Below are positions 49,301 to 62,326 of a stretch of DNA of 64,000 nt, in pieces; positions within the stretch are counted from its first letter, which is position 1, and every line of letters begins with the position of its first letter. This stretch comes from Phoronis australis (Eukaryota; Animalia; Phoronida), in NCBI GenBank assembly GCA_002633005.1, contig NMRA01000367.1:147457-211456 (forward strand), given 5' to 3'. A model generated the notes under the pieces. That model searched no databases, was not told where the DNA came from, and worked only from the letters and a program-made list of their open reading frames with translations. A program made the position numbers and the translations under genes.

Positions 49301-52300
49301 AGTGTGTGCATTTTTGGATACACACTGTATCATTTCCCGGTTCCAGCAACCAGAAACTAGACTACAGGCTGTGTTCCATCAAGGAATTCTGAGACGGCCA
49401 CAAAGGCATTCATACCAGGCACCTCGGGACTCCACCTCTTTCTAAAAATTACTCCAAAGAATGGCCTGCTTAATAAAATGAAGTTTTCCCGAAACTGGAT
49501 CATAATAAAACGAAGCTTGACCTTCGACCCAGAGCAGCTACCCGTGAGTGCGCTTGGGCCCTAGAACCATTCCTACTCTTAGTGAAACTTTAATTGTTGG
49601 TTCACGACGGTTACATCATATCCCTGTGGCTGCTTCCCCGGTATTGCCCCCACCTAAGGCGGAGGTGGGGGGTTCGGTACAAATATGGTGACATTCAGAG
49701 AACGGGGGGAGGAGTGACGATAGCACATGAAGGGTGTAGGTTAGCGAAGTCAAATTGGTTTGTGCCCCCCCNCCAATAATTTTCCTTCCTACGGGCCTGA
49801 AGCTAGATCTACGTTATAAAGCTGAGACAAACTGGCTCGATCAGCGTATACCGAGCCCTAGATTACACCGATCTGGGGTTATTTGGTAGTTGCTTTGAAT
49901 TCGCACATCTTCCTGTGAAGTCATTCGTTGGAAATTTCGTACAAAGGAAGAAGTTTTGTAATTCGTTTACACAGACGTATGGAGGTTTTCTACAGTGGTA
50001 TGAGGTAACGGAACTTTTATCACTTTAAACAAAACACTTATCATACACCACAAGAACACTTTCATGCAATATGCGTCACGTGATATAGTTAGAGCTGCAT
50101 TTCCCCCTGTGTAGCTGGCTAAATACGTAAACCGAATTGGGCCATTTACTCTCATGAAACCGCTGTCGTAATACTCCTTACCGTGATAGGATTCAATTTC
50201 CCTTACCAACCCAAAACTACATGCACCATTTTCGAATTCGCAATTTTTGGCTTGGCCCACTGTAATAAACTCTTTTTCGAGTTGCTTATGATTTCTGGGC
50301 AAAGACCACAGTTCGAGTAGTTGATTTTGACAATATGACTGGTCTAGGTCAGTCAAAGTCTTAGGTTGCGCCCTGTCTTAAGACACCTGAAAAGGCATCA
50401 GAAAGCATACTCGACTGGGTTTCTCAGGGATGAAGAAATTAAACTGAGCCATATCTTTTTGCCTTGCTACGCCCGCCGGAAAAATTGAGATGCCAAAAAT
50501 TGACCACTATCTAAACATTAAGATTTTGGCTCACTGTAAGACAGGAGACAAGAATCCGAATGCTTTGGCATTCTAGATTCCAGAAAGTTAGGTTGAAATA
50601 TGTCATTGCCAACCTGATTTTTGACAATTTCCAGTTGTCCAAACGGTACCTGTTTTGGATTCGCGACAAAAATTCAGCACTGAACAACGATATGTTCTGA
50701 AACTGGCGGGACTTCCGTGCCCGGGTAGATAAAAGCAGAAGCCAAATACCTTGGTGGGGTTCAGTAACGCTAGGACCTCGCTAAAAAGCAAAACTTCGCG
50801 AGATTACACGAGGTATTGTCTTGTATTTTCAATGAGAGCACGTGATTTTGGCTAGATTTCTCTCGCCGCGAGACAGCTACTGAACTCTACTCAGGACTCA
50901 ATTTACTCAAAACAACTCCAAGGAACTAACTGTATATCATTCGCGACAGTCACTTCCTATGTAGTTGGCAAAATTGCGGTCAAACCCGACCCCTCCATTT
51001 TCTTCATTTTGGGGGGTGAGCTACAGAGGTCCGAGCCGTGGCCTAAGACTTGTTGGTAACGGAAATAGGATCATATCACTGTAAGGTATATTATGGGACC
51101 AATTTTATAATTTTTACGATTGATACTTATTAACCAGCTAAACAGGGTGAAATGCAGTTGTAAGGTAACTTGTTAGGGATTCTTTAATCGTGGTAGGAGG
51201 TCTTACATTGTCGAAGTGATTTGTAGAGAATGGTGAAGCTTTCTTTTCCTTGGCAATGATTCCGCTTTGTGATGAGTGTTCTGCGACCCCGCGCGGTTGC
51301 AAGTAAGGTTTCGATAAGCATCCTTGTGGCCATGGAAACAGGGTACATTATCCCATTTGTGATAGAATAGGATATTATCGGAATAGTGTCATATATGTTG
51401 CAATACAGACACTTTCAGGCCCTATCAGCATGCCCATGCACATCTTACCCCTCGCCTCTGCTCATTTCGGACTACTTTTGTTCACTCTACTGCACATCAT
51501 AGCCTAGCCCAGACCACGTAGCCCAGTCTATCTCTGTCTAATTTAGCCCACCAGCACCGTCGTCAGCCCGCTTCAGTCTATCACAGCTGGCCCATGAGTA
51601 CACCTCATTACATCACACAACTTTCTGCTCAATTTAACATGTCTCAGTTGGTTCGAGTTCACCTCAGCCTGTGTCAACCCCCTCACCCCATTGCTCACTG
51701 TAACACATCTCAGCCAAACTAGCTCATTTCAGTCTAGTGAGAAGTCCATTTCAGCCCCCTGAGCTTCAACCCATCTCAAACTACTCCGATTCATCCTAAG
51801 CTGTATCTCCCCTTTCAATTAATTCTAGGTCCATTTTGTCCATCTCAGCCTGCATCCGTCTCCCTCAGCCTATACCAGCCCGTCTCAGCTTATGCCAGCC
51901 TATCTAACCTCCTCTCCCTCTTAGTCCAGTTCAGTCCGTCTGACCCTCTCTTCTTCTTAGTCCAGTTCCGCCCATCCAAGTCCATCTACTATTTCAATCC
52001 GCCTTCGGTATTTTCTTTTGTTCACAGGTGGCACACCTTAACAATATATCACCATAGTGGCACCATCAACGTCACTTTGGATACGTCACTCCAAACTCAG
52101 ACAACGACACAACGTTTGATACGTTTAAACGGGCCTTTTCATGTTGGAAGATTTGACGGCCTCGAAGAAAAACCAGGTAAAGTTACACTAAGGCCTTGAA
52201 TAGTAATAGGTAGATATTGTCAAATGTACCATACTTGAAGTCAAGGAAAATATCTAAAACTGCGAGATCTTGGTGGTCTCATTAGAATGATTTTTAATAA

Positions 52301-55300
52301 TATTTAAAAATATTTGGCTTGAACGTATCTTTTGGTGACGTGTCAGGGGAATCCCAGGACACATTATTTTTAGGTTGGATCTATTTTATATTATTTTATA
52401 TTAATTTCTAATTGATAAATTAAGTTACCATGGCAGTATCATTGCATACATCCTGTCTCATTGATCCATATCAGGTGTTCACGGGAAGCACAATTTTGTC
52501 GGCTGTCTCCGCCGTGTGTATCACAACCTTGTCAGTGTCCTGGAACATTTGAAGTCAGGAAACTCTTCTAGCAGCTACCATGGGCCGACTCCATTAAACT
52601 ACACCTGTCAGAATGGCGTGCCAATCCCCGTCTCGTTCACCAGTCATTTAGGCTCATACTTGGAGTTGAGTGTCGCTGCCTCTTGTAACCTGTCTTTTTC
52701 CTTCTGGTTTACATCCTTCCAGGAACAATCGTTGATCGTGTCTGGTGACGTGAAAGTCAGCAATAATATATCCGCGCACTATGAGGTATAACGTTACTGT
52801 TGTTCATTCGAGATTATTTTTATTTTTTCGGAAATATCTGATAGGTGTCTGTGGTCTTTCTTTTGTTTTGTGCCTGCGCAGACCGAGAACTACGCACGTC
52901 GAATGCAAATGAGCTCAGCTCAAACGGGGTTCACGTCAGCGTCAAATTGAAGCTCGAGGAGTTTGTCTGGCGAGGCGGCACGCGTGGATCGTCACAGCAA
53001 GCGAGATAAATGCTTATCCGGTTTTCTCCGGTAGCCATTGAAATTTGATTGTAGGAATTACAAATATCGCTGGTTCATTTTAACTGGGTAATACGTTTAC
53101 GCTGCTTTCTCCGAACGTAGTTAACAAGTCAGTGGAGATTTTGGCCTGCTGTCTTCGGGTGACAATGACGTGAAGTAAATTTCACATGAGTCACACAGCT
53201 CAGCTCGTAGCTATTCGTCTGCTCTGGCCTAATGTTGAAGAGGTGATTATCTTCAACATCAGGAATTTCTGAAAGCGCCTGGACTAACAAATGTTATCAT
53301 TTTAGGCACTCTATTGGCTATAGAGTTGTAATTCTAGTTCTGTATATGCAAACATGAGATAGGCCTATGTATCAAAAATGGATCATATTCAGTGCCATTT
53401 ACCTTTTACTGAAACGAGACAGTTACAGATGTATTTGCATATTTCTAACTATGTTAATGTATAGCAGGAGCTAAACGAAAATGCTATTTGAACATCATCT
53501 ACCCTAAACAAAGTGCAATGCAAGTTGACAGCTTGTTAATGTGAAAAACAAAAAAATGCAAATAGGTGACCTTTGCACTAATGATGTACCTTTGAGGCTC
53601 ACATAACCCGCATCATGCAGTGTTATTCCCCAACACCACGTCACGATACTCAACTAGACACGGTTGAGTGATTCACGGCGGATCATTTTCGATACAAAAC
53701 TCGTTGTAAAAGCATTTGGCAATTTTCAACGTACTTCATATTCCCATCCTCGCTGTATGTTGTGTTTCTAATCACTTTGACCAAGCAGTCAAAGAGGTAA
53801 GGAATTCAATAGCGTGCAAGTTCACTTTAAGCCAGTCATTTTGCATGATAGCCTCGGTTTCAAAATTCAGTTTGCATTGAGAAAGAACCTGCGATAGAAC
53901 TGCAAGTCACACTACGAAGAGGCCGGTCAGCCCAATTATGTTTTGGTAAAGTGTTTATAAATCCTAAATGCTTGGAATGGTTCTTTCTGGCTGTGAAAAT
54001 GACGTCATGTCATGGTGTGGCAAATTTTGATGCCGATTTTGAAGGGCTGGTGTGAACTAAGTAGTTTTAATTGTTTATTTCCGGGCAGTTCTAATTGTAT
54101 GGAGACCAATAAGTAATTCTTCAAGCAATATTTTGTAAATGAAATTTTCGGCAATACGCTACTCTTTTCTTCAAGTTAACCTGGCCGTGCGCTTGCTCTA
54201 TTTGAAAAATAAAAAAAAATCCTTTTCTGTATTACTGTTCTTAGGTTTAGTCTCAGAGGTTCGTTGTACGCCATGACGTATTCTCTTCATAACTCATGGG
54301 CCTGGTTATATGAAAGTTATTCTCTTCATAACTCATGGGCCTGGTTATACGAAAGTTATTCTCTTCATAACTCATGGGCCTGGTTATATAAAAGTTATTC
54401 TCTTCATAGCTCATGGGCCTGGTTATATAAAAGTTATTCTCTTCATAACTCATGGGCCTGGTTATATAAAAGTTATTCTCTTCATAACTCATGGGCCTGG
54501 TTATATAAAAGTTATACACTGATGCCAACAATGGCGTAACGTAGTGTTGTGGAATAATGTATTTGACGTGATGTAACAGTCCAACATAGCCAGGGGTACG
54601 TTTCAAAGTTTTATGCGACCCAGACCTGGGTTTTAGTCTGGAAAGAAACTACCACGGTCAGAAAACGTATGTCACCAATTTGTGGAACGTTCTGGAAAAT
54701 TCCGGGTTACGCACGTAGGAGCAGACGAGGCGAGATGGGCTACCTAAGATGCCGGTTTACTTACCACTAAGCAGGGGTCCGTTCCGAGAACACTGACTTA
54801 GCTAAAACAAATCTTAAGTTTCAGTCAATATTAAAATAAAACTTAGATTTATCCGTTTCAAGAAAGAGATCTTAAGTTTGACTTTGTTTTTTTACTTAAT
54901 TTTTGTCTTAATTTTGGCTATCGTACCGGATATGGATGTTTCAAAGTTTGAACGTTGAGACAAAGCTTAGAGTTAAGTAAAAAATGAACTTAAATCAGTT
55001 AGTCAGTTTCTTGGAACATGTCTCAGGTCTATACAAACAATAGTTTCACCTTTGACCATTAGGGTTTCCTTCTATTGTGTGCTGCGAGGTATTTTAAACG
55101 ATTCTACTTCTTGGCAGTTGAGACGCCATGGTGGTCAAGTGGAAGCTATTGTCTATGGGACCAAAATCACCGTCGGAAATGGCGATAGTGACCGGAAGTG
55201 GCATCATATTGAATTCAGTGCAGTAAACAGGTAACTAATGTAATGCAATGTAAGTGTGAGTTTGACCGATAGGAGCGCACGCAGCTACATCTATAACCAT

Positions 55301-58300
55301 ATAATTAGTTAACGGTGCATGGTGACGCATTATGATGTTGTTCAATGATTATCTTATTATTTGTTCGGTTATGTTTTAGAGTCATTCATCTGTCGTTGGA
55401 CGGACAATACAATAATTCTGCTACGATACAGCACGATTTACGATTTGGTGGCAGCCTGGTTATTGGCAGGATAAAATACGGTAATTAATTAGAAATGAAT
55501 TGGGTAAGGCCTATTAATGAAAATATTCCTAGCTGTTCAACTAATAAAGCGAAAATAGAATTAGGCCTTTTACTCTCACAAAATCGGTAATACTCCTTAC
55601 CCTGGTAATACTCCTTACCCTGGTAATACTCCTTACCCTGGTAATACTCCTTACCCTGGTAATACTCCTTACCCTGGTAATACTCCTTACCCTGGTAATA
55701 CTCCTTACCCTGGTAATACTCCTTACCCTGGTAATATTCTGTTTTTCTTACCAACATGAACATCTTAATCATAGACTCGAAGAAAACATTTCAGAGTTTT
55801 TTTAGTTTTGGCGAACCCTAAAATGGCGAATTCGATTACGAGACCGATCTTATGAGAGTACAAGACCTAAGTCGATTTTCGTTTTTAATCAGCTAAACAG
55901 GATGAAATATAGCATTTACAGCTTAGTTTGTTTTCCCCTCGCATGACTAAGGCCTACATGTAAAATGCTTTAGTTGAGACCTGACAAAAGAAAGGGTGAG
56001 GGCATGGCGAGTAAAACCAAGCAATATTCTTCTAAATATACTGTACCGTCTAATCCATATCGTTATATGTGGTAGTATTGGCTAGACATATGGCTGCAAA
56101 GGTGAAGCAGGCCCAAGCTTAGAAGCTTAGTAATATCATGGTCAAGGGAACTTTTTAAGACTTCGGTTAAGTTCAATAAGTTGGCCTCTACTACACTGAC
56201 TTTCTTTTAGGGTTCATCGGCTGTATCCAAGATCTCAGGCTACAAAGACAAAGCATAGATATGTTGGAAGCAGTATTCGTAACTAAGCAAGCGAGTGGCT
56301 TGATATTTGACAACTGTAGTCCGCGAGAATGCACGTGTGAGAATGGCGGGAAATGTACGTCTACGTGGAAAGACTCGTCATGTGACTGCCGTGGAACGGC
56401 TTTTGAAGGCTTACGATGTGAGAGAGGTATGGCCTGTGTCCAATCGTTGTGAATAATTGTGAATAGCATGAATACTACTGCTGTGAATTTACCCAAAAAT
56501 TTCAAATGAAATCCTAATGAACGCAAAATTATTAAACTTGTTTGTTTAATTCTTTTTAGCAAAATACAAAAGATCTTGTCACGACTATTACGCAGCTGGG
56601 GATAAGATTTCAGGACACCGAGTTATTGACGTGTTGGGGCTTGGGACGTTGTTGAAGGTGTACTGCGATATGTCCAGTGATATGGGGAGACGTGTTCAGG
56701 GGGCTACCATAGTTTACCACAACCTGAGACCCAACACACTCGTGAGAAGTAAGAAGTGGAAATATGTTGCCGTTGCGGTAAATTATGGGTAAGAAATTTC
56801 TAGTAACATGGTATGACTTACTCAAATGATATAACTTAATTATTAGTAAATGATAGTTTTCGAATATTAGCTCAGTTGATGCTCTTTCGAGAATTGATGT
56901 TATTCGTTTACATGGCAACAGAGAACACTTCTGTTTCGGATTAAGTGAATTTTTTAATAATTATTCTGTCAGGAATTTTATTACACGATGTATTGAGAGT
57001 ATTATAAATTTAATTATTGCCAACAATAACAATTTTGCTCAACTTCCAGGCACGAGCCGGGGACTTTGCGGTTACTGGAACAAATGATACGTCAGTCGTC
57101 AGCGTGCCGTCAATATATTGAGTTCAAGTGTACAGAGACTCCTCTGAAGTACGTAAGCCACGTGATGATCATTTCGCAGTACAGTTCTGTGCTTTTTGTG
57201 TTATGTTAAGGTAGTCTCAGACGTTCGTTTTATGTTTTTCATTAATTTCTGTATAAGTTGACCCATTTCAACGTTAAAATTTACATAGCAGTGTCCGCTC
57301 TGAAGTAGTAAATACCTCGGAATTCATCGAGTTTTCTTTTCCTGTTTTTCTCTTTCTCAGTTTGGGCCGTTCCACCTTGATGCGGTCTGGAAACAGGACC
57401 TTGCTTCAAATAGGCCACGGACAAGCCGGTCACTGTCCGTGTGCTGCTGACCGCGACTGTGTGCGTCAGGATGTCAGTTGTAACTGTGACGTTGGTAAGG
57501 GAAGTTAGTGTATGTCGTCCGTTGAGCTTCCTGATTGGTCAACTGCTCATACAATGGAAATTAATCTCACCTTGCTCCCCCTTGCTTACATCACTTTTTG
57601 TAATATTTCAAAAAAACACTCGTTTTATTTTTTATTGTAGTCAGTTAGCTCATGTTTCAAAATGAGTGGGGTATGCATGTGCGCACCCAGGGGAGCTCGG
57701 GAGGCTCGAATGAGCCCTCCCCCCCCTCCCCCTATTTGGCGAAGTGGACGAAAAGGTCCGCCCCAGAGAAACAATAGGTCCGAAAAAACGAGACGAAATG
57801 TCCACTAAAAAGGCGCAAACGCACAGTTTGCAACTCTGGTATCTTTTTAGTCCTTCGGCTGCTTTTAGTCGGTAAAAGGTCCACATCGTTGGAAATTCGA
57901 GCCCCCTCCCATGTTAAAGGCTGGGTGTGCGCATGGTATGCATACTTACCAGTACAAGCTGTGTTACTTGGCCTTACATAGATGTAGAACCATTAATGAA
58001 CAAACGTGAATAATACTGGAGACTTCCAAGTGTCTATGCTAACCTATCACTCCAAAACGCCAATACTCCGTAAGAGTCCAGTCATTGGCGAAAAAGATAG
58101 TGATCAAGTACTTCGCTTGTACTGCAGCGATGTCTCTGTACGGACCACAGCGCAGTTCTGTCTATAATAGAAACAGTGCCCCTGTGTGGCCACTGTTTCA
58201 CCAGCGACTCCTTAAACAACACTTATTAATTAGCGTTTTTTGGAACTAGAGTGGGTGACTGTAGATGGACTATTCCATGAAAACAAACGAGACCAGTGCG

Positions 58301-61300
58301 ACATTAGCGGTAGGTCTTGAACAAACATCCTATGAAAATTAGTTAATGCGTAAATGCTGATATATGTCTTTTGCGAGACATAATTTTCCCCTCACTTACC
58401 GTTCGGACATATATCGGACATATACCGGACATATACCCGTTAATTATGACATAGAACAAGCAACAAATAGACATACGCGTATACTATCCTACAAATTTCT
58501 TCTCACTAATAGACATACACGTGTATAATCCGACAAATTCCTTCTCACTAATAGACATACACGTATATAATCCGACAAATTCCTTCTCACTAATAGACAT
58601 ACACGTATATAATCCTACAAATTCCTCCTCACTAATAGACATACACGTATATAATCCTACAAATTCCTCCTCACTAATAGACATACACGTATATAATCCT
58701 ACAAATTCCTCCTCACTAATGGATATACACGTATACAATCCGACTAATTCCTCCTCACTAATAGACATACACGTATATAATCCGACTAATTCCTCCTCAC
58801 TAATAGACATACACGTATATAATTCTACAAACTTCTCCTCTCCTCACTATTAGACATACACCTATATAATCCAACAAATTCCTCCTCACTTAATAAATAG
58901 ATGTGATACAACATTGTCACGTCCCTTGAAACTTTGCTGTTCCAAATAGTCACAAAAACGGTTTACGTGAGAAATTTGCTACCCATCACTTCTTTTATGT
59001 GATACACCCCACGAGTCAATAGCCATCTATAATATATAAGGGTTGACATAATAAGACAACTCCCACTTCTCCACAAGTCCGCGCTGACTCCTCACGTGAA
59101 ATCAAAAATGGACGGAAGTCGATAGATCTCCGAGAATAATTTGTTAATGACTTGGAAGCTTCATGAACGTCCGAGACGAAGAAAGAGGTTAAAATGTAGG
59201 TTCAAGTTTTGTAGTCACAAACTGTCCCAATAGGAGACATCACTTAGACTGTGAATTGGTCAAGACTAGTTTTGACACAGTTTCATAATTATGATAGTAC
59301 TTTGGTTCACTCCCGAACATCTGTGCAAACTCATATTGTGTTTTTCCAGCTTCTAACAAATCAAGAGCTTTTTCGTGTTTAATAAGGGTCAATAATCAAA
59401 CCCTAATGTTGGCAAATACAAACTGCATTGTTTTCAATACTCAGCTGTTTTGTTATTCATTATTACTCTGTAATACTTAATAGAATGGCAAAACACGATT
59501 ACATCAAACCAAAGTTGTTCATTGTACACCGGAAGTATCTTCACAAACTTTCGAAGAACTCCACAACACTAACTTTGACTCGCTGGTTCCCTGCGTGCTG
59601 CTAGATGGTAGCCAGCACGCAGATATCACTTAAATTTCCTCGGTAATTTTTTTTTACACCGGCGTTTCTGATTGGCTAGTCGAATTCTCAACAGTCAGTG
59701 CTTTACGCTAACAAACTGGCATGACTGATAGAGCAAGACAGAAGTGTAAATATGGTCTGTTGTACAGACAAATCGGTGCTTAAAATTCATGTTCATGGAA
59801 TGTGAATACCAGAAATTGTAGTTGCGCCTTTTCAGTGCATTCTTCTACTGTCGATGTACCTGTATTCATACAATATGTATAACACGGCTTAAATCGCCCA
59901 GATATGTGTTTATTGTACATGTATGTGCTTCAAGCACGCGGCTATTGTACATTAATGCAGAAACAAATAGTTGTTGCTACGCCATTTGGGTGGCAAGGCT
60001 AAAAATCGTTCACAGTCCGCCATTGTTCACGTTGTTGTAAAGCTAACCAATGATTTCCGAGTTTACATCGACCAAAGAATGCTAAAGCGCGTGCTACTGC
60101 GTGATACGTGCGTGCTGGCTAGGCATGTAGGGAACCAGAGAGTCACTTTGGCAGCTAACGCACTAAGTGATGTCACAAGGGTTTCATTATTTACAGCAAA
60201 TACGTATCCATGGTGATGATGGTGGAAACATGCTTTGAATGTTGAATAGACCCGATATTCATACATTAACAAGCGCACCAGTTACACAAGACATTTGCGT
60301 TAATTAGAAGCTTCTACTGAATTTCGAAGTTAATTTAAACGAAATCAGTTGCCGATATTTCTGTTTTTGGTGTTTGATCGTAATCCCGTCATAATATACG
60401 TAACGTAAGTGGTCTGCTTCGTCAGTAACAAAGCGCTCTTTATGATGGCTCCAAATTTTACTGAATTATTTTTTGATTATGAAAAGTATTTGGGAATTAA
60501 AGGAATACGCAATAATATATATTTAGGCATAGATTAGCCAACTTGTTCGTGATACGATGGACATGGTGTCCATGGTGACAAGATGCCGATGACTATGATG
60601 TCTTCAAGTCAGATGAAGATGAATTACAGCGCCTCCTGTGGTACTTAGTGAGAAGAAATAGGACATGCGCGCACACAGCCTAAAAAATGGGGGGGCTCGA
60701 ACTTTTGAGAATGTGGACCTTTCACTAAGATTTACGGGGTATGCTCGAAGCTAATTGTGCATTCGCCGAATTTTGGTAGTCCCTTCCTTTTTTACTGGAC
60801 TTTTTCTCGTTTTCTAATTTTTCGGAGTTTCTGTTTCTCATAGGTGGACTTTTTCGCCCTCTTCGCCAAATGCGGAGAGACTCCTTCGAGCCCCCTCTCC
60901 CCCTCCCTTGTGTGCGCGCATGGGGGAATTGAGAGGTTAGTGGTGTCCCTTGGGATAGATTATACGGGCCCTTGGGATAATGCCAGAAAGGAGTTCCATG
61001 GTATGACGTTTGACAGAAAAGTAGTAAGGAATAGGAACAATATAGGTTCTCTTGAGATAGTGTAGAAAGGAAGCAGTGGGAACTAGGAAGATTATAGGAT
61101 CTCTTGGGATAGTGTCAGAAAAGAGTTAGGCAGAGTGTAATGGGCCTTGGGATAGTGTCAGAAAGGTTAGTTGGAAGTAGGACGTCGTTCCAGAGTTGTT
61201 AACGGTATTTAGGTGACGCCATAGTCAGAGGTAAAATTGTTGATAAACCGATTTTCTCAACGACCTTCGCCCGTGTTAAAAAAGTCAGAGTGTGGGGTTC

Positions 61301-62294
61301 CTTGCAATACTGAAAGGAGGAAGTTAGAAGTAGGACGTTGTTCCAAAGTTGGAGAACTTTTGTAAAGTTTACTCAGTCTTTTTGTAGCCTCGAATTCATG
61401 CCACTTCTATCATTAGTATGGAATCTAGGCTTTCTGATTGCAGGATTGTCGTCCACGCAGTTTGACTACGGCTATATAACCAACAGTTCCTTTTTACCGA
61501 TTACGGCCATGGAGTTCTTTAAGACAGGCGAAGGAAGCACTCACGTAACCCTAGGACCAGTGGTCTGTATGAGTAACGGTATGTAGGTGACGCCATAGTT
61601 GGAGGTAAAATTGATGATGAAACCGACTTTCTCGAACGGCCCCGGCCCGTGATAAAACGTGTCACGACATCCCCACCCCCACCCGCCTCCCTGCCCTCCT
61701 ATTGGTTGCCGCCGCCTGCCTATGCCTCCTGATTTCCCCTGAACAGTACCTTCGAGTTGGTTATATGTATTTCAAATCACCCCTAATCTCCCGTTAAACC
61801 TTATACGCAGGTCAGTCTATTCAAATCTGTGTGGGAGCCATATTTCAATATATAACAAATATTTTTTTCAAGCGGATTGGAAGGATGCCCTGGACTTTGG
61901 TGACGTGCACTCCAACTACATTGAGTTACCCACTTGGAAATCGAGAGAGTTCGAGTTCTCGTTCAGCACCAACCAGTCGGATGGACTCCTAATGACTCAG
62001 AAGTACAATGACAGCTCAATGTTTTTTCAACTAGAGTTGTTGTCAGGTCAGTAAAAGGAGACTACGTTTTCAAATTTCTCTCTCTCTCGCTCCCTCTCCC
62101 TCTCTCTCTCCCCTCCCTCCCTCTCCCTCACCCTCTCCCTCTCCCTCTCCCTCTCCCTCTCTCTCTCTCTCTCTCCCTCTCTCTCTCTCTCTTCAATCGT
62201 TCTAAACACAACACGGTTTATCAGTGGTATTTTTATGTAGAGGAATATAAAGTGCTTTTTAATTTTACTGCGACTAACATCNCTCCCTCTCCCT

Positions 62295-62326
<32 letters not shown>

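Noticed and set aside
57676-57935. RAG/Transib-type (RSS-like) transposon because of the 5-bp TSD
   Set aside because: Termini start CAT rather than CAC and no nonamer or RAG-like coding sequence is present.
54253-58853. Repetitive-peptide ORFs (ITRPMSYEENN, KEYYQG, SISEEEFVGLYTC; also 34280-34642 and 44995-45291)
   Set aside because: Translations of minisatellites; open frames arise mostly from unit lengths divisible by three; no splice or homology support.
12851-58889. Regular 25-46 bp repeats as possible CRISPR arrays
   Set aside because: Head-to-tail tandem units with no unique spacers, in eukaryotic introns, with no cas genes.
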